Assembly (NCBI GenBank): GCA_036172245.1
Contig: JAYWIR010000059.1
Coordinates: 1-64,000 of the forward strand
Direction of reading: 5' to 3'
DNA from: Raillietiella orientalis
Taxonomy: Eukaryota
DNA: 64,000 bases
Shown: one piece after another, positions 26,100 to 36,730 of the stretch
Layout of the letters: each line of letters begins with the position of its first letter
Position numbering within the stretch: the first letter of the stretch is position 1
Notes under the pieces: generated by a model
Databases searched by the model: none
What the model saw: the letters and a program-made list of their open reading frames with translations, nothing else
Told to the model about the DNA's origin: nothing
Program-made: the position numbers and the translations under genes

Positions 26100-26560
26100 T
26101 GATGGGAAAAGCTATGAACACGTCAAAGAAAAAGGAAGAGAAGGGATAGATAGAAGATGGTGGGAACTCTCCGCCTATGCAATGTGTACGCCCCCCATCA
26201 GCAGGATTTGTGAAACTTTGCCGCTAATAAAGGCTGCGGTGCGGTGTAGGAACGAAAGCCCTACTTTGCGTGCTTATTATTGGGATTCACCAATGAGCGC
26301 TCCTGTGCTCCAGATGCAAAGGAATTATTCATCCCATGCCCACTCTCCTGCCGGAACCATTTCTTGGAGAGGTTCGAAAGTTTTTTCTCGAGCCACACGG
26401 AAGGCGCTAGCGGTTCGTAGGATCGATGCATGCGAGCATCGATCGAAAATTTCGACCGATGCCCCTGACGTCTGGTGTCTGAGTACCACGTGCTCTCGAA
26501 GCTGCTCGTCTTCGGACTGTGCATCCCAAACGTCCCGCATCAGATGACAGCGAAGTTCGG
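26100..26560 (-). mobile_element. Decayed LINE APE-endonuclease remnant
   Basis: RDVWDAQ..GASVEIFDRC..GHGMNNSF resembles the APE LxDxW..SRIDR..WKLNxS motifs. Confidence 0.35.
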
Positions 26561-26829
26561 AACAATATCGGAGAGGGGCCCAGAGATCGAAAGAGAGCGA
26601 AAGTATTCAGGAAATATAAGTACTGCAATAATATTTGATTGGATCATATTAAAAATAAAAATTCAATATACTTGCGAAACATATAGTAAATTAATTATTT
26701 ATTACTCAATCGGAAAAGCCTCCCTATGAACCTGGTATTTTTATTTAATCCTTATAATTATATCTCTAAGGAGGAATCTTAGATAGCTTACGGTACTTAG
26801 TTACATGTACAATGACCCAGTTGATGTAT

Positions 26830-27425
26830 CCGAAGATCCGTGTCTGATACAGACAGTGAAAAGCATGTTCGGTCAAATGCCATGCCGGTGAGGATCGAAA
26901 GTTTTCTCTGACTGATGTATGCACCATGGCAGCACAGTTCGAAATGCATCATCTGCACCAGCTCTGCACGCAACACTTGGAAGCCAACATCAGTTTAAGA
27001 AATGCTCTGACAGCGTTGCATCGAACTGCTTACGTCAGTGAAAGCATTCTGCTTGGAGTTCGTTGCTAAAGAAACCAACTACAGGTGAATTATCACGAGT
27101 CAGGAGTGCGAAGCGCTGGATCATTTTTTGACTGTGGAAATCATTCGTATGAAGCGAATGCCTGAGCTGCAGTCAACCAAGGAACCTTCATCGCAGGTCC
27201 ATTCAAGAGAGAGTAATCCCGCATTTGCCGTATTACATGAAGGCGTTCATTCTCGGGAAAAAATTTCTGGAAAAATTCCTGTAATTCCCTTCATCCGATG
27301 CTAGAGGGTGTACCAGTTCCTGCTCAGAGCAATTCTTGCTGAACGTTGAAGTTACTTCGAAGCATGTTTCACTCTTTCGCGCCTGAAGGCAGTGCTACGA
27401 TTGTAAGATTTTGAAATGCCTGGCG
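26830..27425 (+). pseudogene. LZTR1: Processed pseudogene fragment of LZTR1 (BTB-BACK-BTB region)
   Basis: DVCTMAAQFEMHHLHQLCTQHLEANISLRNAL..VKAFCLEFVAKETNYR*IITSQECEALDHFLTVEIIRMK..MLEGVPVPAQ/AILAER*SYFEA/FHSFAPEG follows remembered LZTR1 ([58 protein letters not shown]). It has stops and frameshifts and no evident introns. Confidence 0.8.
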
Positions 27426-27999
27426 CATAACCGGTGAATTTAAATAGCAACTGGAGAGATGACTTCACTCCATGAATCCTTTGTTTGATTCACTGCCCCG
27501 TTGTTTCCATTATGGAGAAGTTGGCATTCCTCCTGAAGACTCGCTGTACTTGCCCTCTGCACCATATCTTCACGGCTTCAGTAGCAATCGCCTTCGAGTA
27601 TCCTACAAGTGAAAGCTTGAGGCAAGCATGCTTCCACAAGTGTGCTGCAAATCTTGGAAGCCCCCTTCCAAAGGTCGCCTCCTCTCCAAAGTTCCATTCG
27701 ACGAGTCGATCTTTACTTCCGGACATCTGGCAAGTATCAGCTGAGGAAATGAGTGGCAGCAAAATGTTCCAGAGTATCTGTGTTGAGTTTCCCTTCTAGG
27801 AATTAAACTTTTTGATTTCTAAATTCACTCTACAAAAGTGACATGTGATCTCTTGAGTTACATGTGAATAATCTACTAACGTTTGAAAATTGCACTTGTC
27901 TTTGTTTTCCCCCACCATATTCAGATTTCTATAAAAAAATACTGTGAATGTGCAGAATGTTAATGAAACTCATCACTCATCTGCTAGCTCTGGTTGCAC

Positions 28000-28800
28000 G
28001 CATGCTCTTGTTCTCTCGTTACCAAGAGCAAGAAAGTTCTCCTGCAACATTGCAGGAGTCGGGAAACTTCTTGACGGCTGCAAGACGAGCGGGTTGGTAG
28101 ACGACTCCAGTCCTCGTTTCCGGGCGATGGGGCTCCTTCGGGAAAGTGCTCCCCGAAGAACTCCTGGTTCCTTCCCCCTGTGCGGACACCTCCATGTTCT
28201 GGCTCCGTTGGAAACGGGTTGTTTTGCTGTTTTTGCACTGGGGACTCCAGTGCAACCAGCGTAGGCACTTGGCTTCCAGAAGAGTGACAGTGAACTCCAA
28301 CTGTTGAAGGTTCGGGCTATCGAATCGTTCCCGCACCTGCTGTTGGATTGCGGTGCCCTCGCGGACACGTGGCGGAGATCAGCCTCGTGGCTCCGCCACC
28401 TGGAAGACACTGCATTGGACTTGCTGCGGAGATTTTTCACACAAGGAGGGCTGACGACGGGCGCCGTGATCTCAACGGTCTGCTGCGCCTCCGCGCCACC
28501 GTCGCAGACCGTTCCGTGAAGGAGTCTCGCTCGCAGCGGAGGGAGGCCACCAGCATGGCAGCCGCCTTGATGAGGACGGCTACGAGGTGACCTCACGTGC
28601 CAAAATAAGTCATCAAGGAGATCGCTACCGTCCACAGTCGCTTTTCGAAAGAAAGGAACGAAGAAAACCAAAGAACCCTCTCCCTACCTCCCACCTTTTT
28701 TTTTTATTTACCTGTTGTCTCCTCCCTCCTTTCCAAACTTCCATAGAATCCGGTCTGCGTGCCAGTGGTCATCCCCAATGAACTTCTGTTTTTTTTTGGC
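28000..28800 (+). mobile_element. LINE 3' end, family B copy 1
   Basis: HWGLQCNQR..ESFPHLLLDCGALADTWRR..FFTQGGLTTGAVISTVCC, followed by a T-rich 3' UTR. Confidence 0.75.
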
Positions 28801-31495
28801 ATTTCTTGTTTTCAGGGGACGCCATTCCACTGTGACGTGGAGTTTATTTTTAAATAAATGAATCGGCGTGACCGGGTACAAACGGGAAGCAAAAAAGCAG
28901 CTGTCGCTAGCGATTCTCGGCAGCTTTTCCGAGCTGGAGGGGACTTTTCATCCCTCATCTCCTGCGGGAAAGCAGTCTTTCCATTGTTCCGTTTCGAGAA
29001 AGCTCTCGAGTCATTTCGCGGTTCTCCGACGCGTTCCCTCCTCACTTTTCCAGCGGCCTTAAAAGGGTGACCATCAACGTTAAGAACGTGCGCAAACAGT
29101 GCTCGTGCATGAAGCGGCGTTCGGAAGTCGGATCTGCAACAAGTCGCTCTCACCCGGTCACCAGGGAAACGCGACGCGGTTGCGAGTAGTGTTGTACCGT
29201 TTATGCTGGGTGTGGCGAGCCCCGGAAGAATGCAGCTCTCTCCTCTCCCTCCTAGTGGCTTCGGACGTGCCCACGCATTTGCGATGAGCGGGTCCATCGT
29301 GACGGCTGCTGCCGACAAGCTGCAGTCGTGCCGAGCGTTGGAATGGCGACTCACCGTTGCGCAAGAGGGAGGTGACAAGTTTTCAGAATGGCTGTCTCTT
29401 CAGTGCGAGCAGGAAAAGACTCAGTGTTGGCAGACAACTTTTCATTCGGTTTCGTTGCTTGAAGTTGTTGACTTCATCGGGTCCGGCACATTTCAAGAGC
29501 AAAGGCTACCCTGAGGGCAGCAGCACGAAAGAGAACCTTGAAAGCTTCAGCCGACGATGACGACCTCGGAAAATTCAGACGTCATGACAGATGAGCGCGT
29601 CCGACCCAGCAACGACATACGGAGAGTTTGTGTTCGCTACCAGACGGCGAGGCGCCAAGAATCACCGTAGGCGAACCTCCTTTCGATAGGCACAGAGGAG
29701 GGAAACTCGCGCGGCCGAATCGGAATTGCGCACGCTTCCGCTCGAAGAAGTACGGAGTTTCCATCTCGGAAAATCGGTCGGGGTCTTCTGAAACCGGCCA
29801 AGCGCATCGCTCCCAGCCAATTTCACTTAGACGGCGAGCAGATGCGGTTAGCAGATTACCACATCGTGAGCGCGCAGACGTCCCCATCAGAGACGAGGGA
29901 CGATCACGTGCGCAGGAAATGACGCGCGATTCTCGAAGAATCTCTTCCTCAAATCCTGAATCATCGCACCTATGGCTCCCACGCAGCCACAAAGAGTCGC
30001 GGCGGGTTGGTCGGGAGGATCAAGAGCATCGACCGACGGGAGCTGCTCGCTTACGTTCGGTCAATCCTCAGTGAAGACCCCGGGCTCCAGCCTGACTGAA
30101 GAGAACGCCTAGCCATCATCCCTTCGAAAGTGTAGACGGCGGCTTTCGAAGATGACACGAAAACGAAGAACGGCAAGTACTTGTCCTCGCCATGCGCTTC
30201 TCTTACCGAGAGACCTCCTGGGGGCGTGCTTCTCTTGCCGGCTGGATCCCTCGGCGCTAAGGACAACAAAGTTGCCAACGACAAGACCCTGAAGAAATCG
30301 AAGATTTCAGCAGAGATGAGCTAACAAACTGAAGAACCGAACAGTTTGTGGAAGCATTGAGCAGTCTCTTCTGATCTCCTGGCGCCATTGGGTGGGTCTT
30401 TGGGGTTAGTAACATAGTTTTATTTATAATGGTGATAGTACAGATTTCGCTATTTTAGAGGCTAAAACAGCTTATAATGGGAAGGAATATATAGTCACTG
30501 AAGATATGCCTCCAGCCGTCTCACATTGTGAGATAACATCATAGGAACCGTTTGTGAAAGCCATCCAGAGTGCAGAAAGCTTCCCTTCCGGCTATTTCCG
30601 AAACCCCCACCGACGTCGCTGTCGATTCCTCATCGGCTTAATGAAAAACGGTCCAGCATCGCTTACTGGAAGCATTGGATGAGTCGCTGCCTGTAATAAA
30701 AGCACCCTTAAGGGTCACGCCTCCATCGTGAGGACGAGATGAAGAGGACAGGTAGAGAAAGTGAGCGAGAAGCATTAGCGACCGGAACCTGACACACGGC
30801 TGCTCGGGAGGCTGAAATTTCTCTCCGGACGTTCGAAGCCTCTGCTAACAAAAAAAAAAGCGAAAGCAGCCTCCGATCCCTTCGTCTCAGATGAGTCGCG
30901 CCTCCAGCATCTACGAAAAAAGATTTCCTTTGCGCTGCCGACCGGTCGGAACCCGCTTTCAGAGTTTCTGTCTCTGGGTACCCGAGACTGTGGAATCTCT
31001 CATCGCGCTGGAGGCTGCGCGCGACGCATTCAGCAGACTTGAAGTGCACTCTGGTGCACTCTGAGACACAATGCGATTGGTGGCGCAGGATCTGATCAAC
31101 AGCTACAAGGAATCACGCGGATATTGTATTCTGAGATCATTAAGTACAATTTTTTTTTTCCCCGAGTGTGTCATTCATTCGGAAGAGACTTTTTTCGGTG
31201 CAGCATTCCAAACTGTATCTGGGAGAGGTCTCATCATCCTCGAGTGGAGTGGACAGCGCCAAAGAGCTTCGTGAGCCGCCAGGCGCACGACGGTTCTTGA
31301 AGCACTCAGCGAACCCCAAAAAAGAAAACCCGACAAAAAAAAAAGAAAGCTGGAAGGAAAGCAGTGAGGACAGAAGAACCCAAAGGGATTTTTCCATCAC
31401 CCTAGGTGAAGGGGCCCCCAGCGTGCTGCAACAGCGGCACAATCGCCGCCACGCCTCGCATCACCCCGAAGGAACTCCTTCGGTAGAGTGAACAT

Positions 31496-32125
31496 TTGAG
31501 TGTGCCCCCTGAAGAACTTGTGGTCCCTCCCTCGTGTCTGAACACTTCTGTGTTCCCTCTAAACTGGAAACAGGACGTCATTATGCTGGTGCACTGGGGT
31601 TTTCACTCCAACCAGCGGACGAACCGTGTTTCCGGGGGAGTTGTCTCCCCGAACTGTAAGCGGTGCGGGGAAGTGGAAACGCTCCCGCACCTGCTCCTGG
31701 ACTGCGGTGTCCTCCTAGGACTGTGGCGGAGGCTAGCTTCAGCTCTCCAGCACCAGGGGGACACCGCAAGAGACTTGATGCCCCTCTTCTTCACGCCAGG
31801 CGGCCTGTCTTTAGGTGCCGTAATCGCAACGGTCTGTTGCACCCGCGCCATCGACAAGGCCCACCGAGAGTTGGAGAAGCTGACCATTCTTCGTCAGCCC
31901 ACCGGAATAGCCAGCGTGAACATGTTGTCGGCTTCCGAGTGGGCCCATCTACCAGGAGGCGTTAGGAGCGAGATCGCCGGCATCCATAGCCGGTTCTGAA
32001 AGACTGGAACGGCCGCACCAAAGACCCCTGTCCCCTGCCCTCCCCATATCTTTATTTTTATTTTTTATATGTGTATTTGTGGTCCCCTCCCTCCCGTTCC
32101 GGACTTTCGGTATACCGACCTGCGT
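31496..32125 (+). mobile_element. LINE 3' end, family B copy 2 (best preserved)
   Basis: Open frame with zf-RVT: VHWGFHSNQR..CKRCGEVETLPHLLLDC..LWRRL..GAVIATVCC. 5' truncated. Confidence 0.85.
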
Positions 32126-32269
32126 AGAAACGAAGAAACTGCACAGAAGAAACGAAGGGGGGATCCCCCCCTTCGTTTCTTCTGTGTCCTTTGTCCGGGA
32201 ACTATCTTCCTGGATAGTTTATTAATAAACGCCCCGGCGCAACCGGGTGATAAACAGCGGCACAATCGA

Positions 32270-32998
32270 ACTCAAGTGGCGAGATTTGACGCTGCTGGTG
32301 GTGCATGGGGATTCCCAAAGCTCGTCTTCACCACTGGACACGGGAGAGCGTGGGCGCTCAATGAGACAGGTGCGGGAAGGAGACCCTCTCGCACCTGCTG
32401 TTCGACTGTGCTGCCCTCCGACCCCTTTGGGATTTCTTCGCGGAGACTCATGAACCCTGGTGGGCGGCCCCAGGGACATTTGGAAACGCCACTTCGCGCG
32501 TGCTGCAGTGCAACGCCACCCACATCCCTCTGCAGTTCTCTACTGTCTTCGCGGGATGGTGGCGGCCTCGAATGCCAGAAGAGGCCGAAATGGCAGGGGT
32601 GCTATTCACTGAGCGCAGATCTTTGACGCCGCTTCGAGATGGTTCCACCCGGGCGACATAGGGACAGAAATTGCCAGCATCCTGAACAGGATGCAGTAGA
32701 GTCTGGGCAGCGTGGTTCCCCCTCCCCTTCCCTCCTAGGTTCCCCCTCCCCTTCCCTCCTAGGTTCCCCCTCCCCTTCCTTCCCGTGTAAAATTTCCCCT
32801 CCCTTGTTTTGTTTGTTTGTTTGTTTTGCTTTTTTCGCTTTGGTTTTCCCTTCCCTCGCGCTGCCGAAGCAGATCTCGCCGGCCTGCGCACCGCTCTTCG
32901 GCAGCTTCCTTGCAAGTGGTAGAACCAAGGGTTTTTACCACACAAATGTGGTGACTTTATGTAATAAATGCTCCGACATAACCGGGTGATAATCATCC
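32270..32998 (+). mobile_element. LINE 3' end, family A copy 2
   Basis: Direct-orientation homolog of 23600-24288; reads KETLSHLLFDCAALRPLW. Confidence 0.75.
32714..32779. repeat. 24-bp minisatellite, about 2.8 copies
   Basis: ggttccccctccccttccctccta repeated head to tail. Confidence 0.95.
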
Positions 32999-35466
32999 TA
33001 GGCCCACTTTGTTTAAAAAAAAAATTAGCACTCTCAGAATACATATTGGAAACACAGGCTGGGTTACTACCTATAAGGTCTGAAATCACAGGAGACGGAG
33101 GGACAGGTTGGGACGATGATGGAGAATCCCCTGTCCTGACGGGAACTCCTGTCCTACCTTTTACATATGTTTCAATAAGCAAATGGAAAGAAACGTTCTG
33201 ATGCTTCTGATAAAAAATGGTTTTCCGAAGCACTCGTCTTGTTCTGCTGGAACAGGAAAGAACGTTGCAAGGACTCCATCTCTTGCAGTCTCGTTTCGTT
33301 CCACCTATTCGTGGAGCTACGTCCAGAGAGCACTTCACAGAACCCATGGGAAGCAAATCTTTCTTTGTTTTACCCTGAAACCTCACTTTCTACCACCACT
33401 GAAACCACATTGGTGGTCTCCGTTCCTGCCCCAAAGAAAAACAATGAACCTGATGCGCTGCTGTTGTAGGTGGCGACCATCGGAACAATCCGGAAAAGCA
33501 ATTCACGAGTAGTATCCGTGCAGCAGAAAAACAGTGCAGTCGTCTCAAAAAAAAAAAGGAATGGGCGAACGACTTCCACGTAACTACCACTTTGCAACTG
33601 AACCTCATGAGACACAAACATCAGGGTTAAGGCTCATGATGATACCGATTAGACAAAACAAGCTGGATATGGCTCTGAATTGCTTTTCCATATTTCCACT
33701 TCTTGGATACGGCACCAGACACTGATTTTCATATCCAGGCGTAGCACTCTCGGAACATGGGAAATGTATCGAGTATCTCAGACCCAGAAGGGGTAGGGTG
33801 GCAGACAGCTGAATGTCTTAGTGACCCTGCTGCACTCGAGCAGAACATGAATGACATGAAAGAAAGCATGCTCACAAAACATCGTAAAGATTTCGAAATT
33901 TTTCTTTCTGCTTTTGTCTTCCCGGTCAAAACGACTGCTACTCTGCCCGCAGTAAATGCCATTTGGTTGGACAGGGACAAGAAAGAAAGCTAACAATAAA
34001 AAGTAAAAAAGTTGGAAGGAAAAAAAATGAATAAGGTTACGAAACATGATAAAGTTACAATTATGTTTTAGCAAAAATGAATTCTATAACATCTTTATTT
34101 ATGATAGATGCTACTCATATTCATATGAAGATCTGATTAAACTCGATCAAAAAATAATTATAATTATTGAAATTCTCTCTTAGTAGACACATGGGAGATC
34201 ATCAGTAATTCGGAACTGAAAAAATGCGAAATAAACAATCATTTGAAGATTTTCTTGCTTTTTTCTTTAAAACAAAAGCACAAAAAAAAACATGGAGTAC
34301 ACTTGCATTACTGTTTGTGAGTCTCCCAAACAATTCTCATTAGAGGTAAAGCAATTATGGACACATAGAACACACGTTTCCTACATGAATTCCACGCAAG
34401 TCGGCATGCAATATTTACAAAAAGGAAAGCTCAAAAGTTCTTGAGACGTGAGTACGCAGACGTGTCATCAGATGGCGCTTTCGAGACGCAATCGACGATG
34501 GTTCCCGAAAAACGTGCCTTCAGTGTTCCCAAGTGATTCCTGCCGCAGCACTACAGTTTGACGCTGGAAAAGACTCTTGGAAATACCGAAGAAAGATTTC
34601 TGTCCTCCTTTTGAAATTAAGAAATCTGTAAGAGCGACAGTTCTTTGCCAGGGATCTGAGATCCGCTGCAAAAAAAAAACGAAAAAAAAAAGAGAACAAA
34701 AACAAAATCCATAAATATCAAAAAATCTTTCAGTTTCTTCGGAAATATCTATGAATCCAGTTTGCGATTTCTTCGATCAAAAAAGGTAGTAGAATTGGAA
34801 CGTTGGAGATAAATTAAACGTGAAAAACCAATTAGGAGCAATCCTAATCTTGTCGAAACGCCTATGCGTGAAAGAGAAAGATGGGTTGTGATACGTGAGG
34901 GATATATGATGCACAAATACGGTATGATCATAACCAGCTCGCACAAAAAAAATATGGTAATGTCTTTAAATGAATGATCCATTTTATTTTCTTTTATGGC
35001 ACATAAAACCAGATGCTGTTTTGGACAGCAATTTTTCTGCTGTCATTTTTTGTGTAGTTGTATCTGCTTATAGTCACATGTCATGTCGTTCTTTACACAT
35101 TATATTAATATTTATCTAAGTTGGATATGCTTTTGATACTTTTATCCTTAAAGCAATAACAAGCTTCTCATTTTCATGATAAATGCCATACTGTTGTTGA
35201 ATGTTATTGAATTTGTCATTTGAAATGCATTTTCTCGTCATTTAAGATTTTTTTTTCTTTTTTTCTTCGAAATGTCTTTCAGTGCTTGCTTTATGAGTTA
35301 AAGTGATGTGTAAAACGCAATAATTGATTTCACACAATTCAAGATCCTAGGGATTGATCAAATGAAAAACGAATGAAAGACTCAGATCAAAGGCTACAAC
35401 TGTATTGTACCACTTCTCTAATTGAATATGTAGGTATAACACTGAGTAGGCTGCTCATCGCAGGCA

Positions 35467-35860
35467 GTGATATTTAAGTATTTTCTATTAGTAGCTACCT
35501 CTAAACCCATAATTTATCATTATCATCTTACATTTACAAAAAGAACAAGCTTATCCCTGATCCATTACCTATTAATAATTAGAAATGTTAATTTGTCACC
35601 ATATCACCTCCAAATAAAATTCAACCGTACTTTATCACACATAGCAATCACTTTATTTAACTCATTAACATTCGAACATTAAATATAAATTTTTAATTAA
35701 TTTTACTCTGATACAAAAGATAATTTATTTTAATACTTTATTATTATTTACTTAAATCCTTTTCAGTACTTTTCACTATCACTATAAAATAAAATTTTTT
35801 ACTAATAATTTCATAGCTAAATTCAACAAAAATTTAAGTAATTATCAACATCAAATTTAT
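35467..35860 (-). pseudogene. rrnL: NUMT: 5' part of mitochondrial 16S rRNA
   Basis: ctgatacaaaag at 35708 is the reverse complement of the conserved cttttgtatcag. AT-rich and adjacent to the 12S 3' end, as in arthropod mtDNA. Boundaries approximate. Confidence 0.75.
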
Positions 35861-35879
35861 CTTTACTTAAATTAGTAAA

Positions 35880-36500
35880 TTACCCTTTTGCCTAGATACA
35901 CGTTCCGGTACATCCACTATGTTACGACTTACCTAACCTTACGTCAGAGTGACGGGCAATTTGTATTCAACGATTATTATATTCAATTTACCTCCCTTAA
36001 TAAATTTACAATTAAATCCTATTTCAATATAAAATTACACATATATATCCAAATCTAAATATTGTAGTTGACTAATTATTCTTTTTTATGCTGCACCTTG
36101 ATTAAAACTTTTAATTACTCTTATTAAGAAACTTAATTACTCCTAAATAATCAAATCAACGATATACAAACCAAAAAAGAAAGTTCCTCGCGGATTAGCA
36201 TTTATTAAGCAAACTCCCCTAATAATCCTCATTACCACTAATTCATATAAGTCTTCCTCCCCAAAATTTTCATTTTAAATTAATAAAACATCAATATTAA
36301 TTTAACTCTTACGTTTAACCGCTACTGCTGGCACACATATTAACAAAATTTTAAATAATTATTAATTCAATTCTTTTTATAATTAAAATTAAATACTACA
36401 TATTCTATTTTTAAAATTTATATATACTTCATTATTTTAATTAACATTAAATCACATGTAAAAATCATTACTAACATTATATAAGTAAATCCTAAATTTA
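35880..36500 (-). pseudogene. rrnS: NUMT: mitochondrial 12S rRNA
   Basis: Universal SSU motifs on the reverse strand: gtacatccactatgttacgactt (35908-35930), gagtgacgggc (35947) and ttaaccgctactgctggcac (36315-36334). Embedded in nuclear flanks. Confidence 0.92.
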
Positions 36501-36730
36501 ATACATATATTTCTGTCATATTAGTTTTAATTTGAAATAGTAAATTTTCCTTTTTGGTGTAAACAAAATATTCTATTAAACTACTCCTTATTTTTAAGAC
36601 AAATAAATTCTAAATTTATTTTATTAATACTAAAAATATTTTAAGAACATGATTCCCCCAACTGATTAATTTTAACATTTTTAATTAAAAGGTATATATT
36701 ATACATTAATAGATTACCTTTTAATTAAAA
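36500..36730 (+). other. NUMT: putative mitochondrial control region
   Basis: AT-rich segment following the 12S 5' end; homologous to 12950-13146 in inverted orientation. Confidence 0.7.

Noticed and set aside
33183..33993. Short ORFs with protein-like composition
   Set aside because: No recognisable family; interrupted by stops.
35467..36730. Functional rRNA genes or a trnV
   Set aside because: Mitochondrial-type, partial and flanked by nuclear DNA; I could not fold a tRNA cloverleaf.
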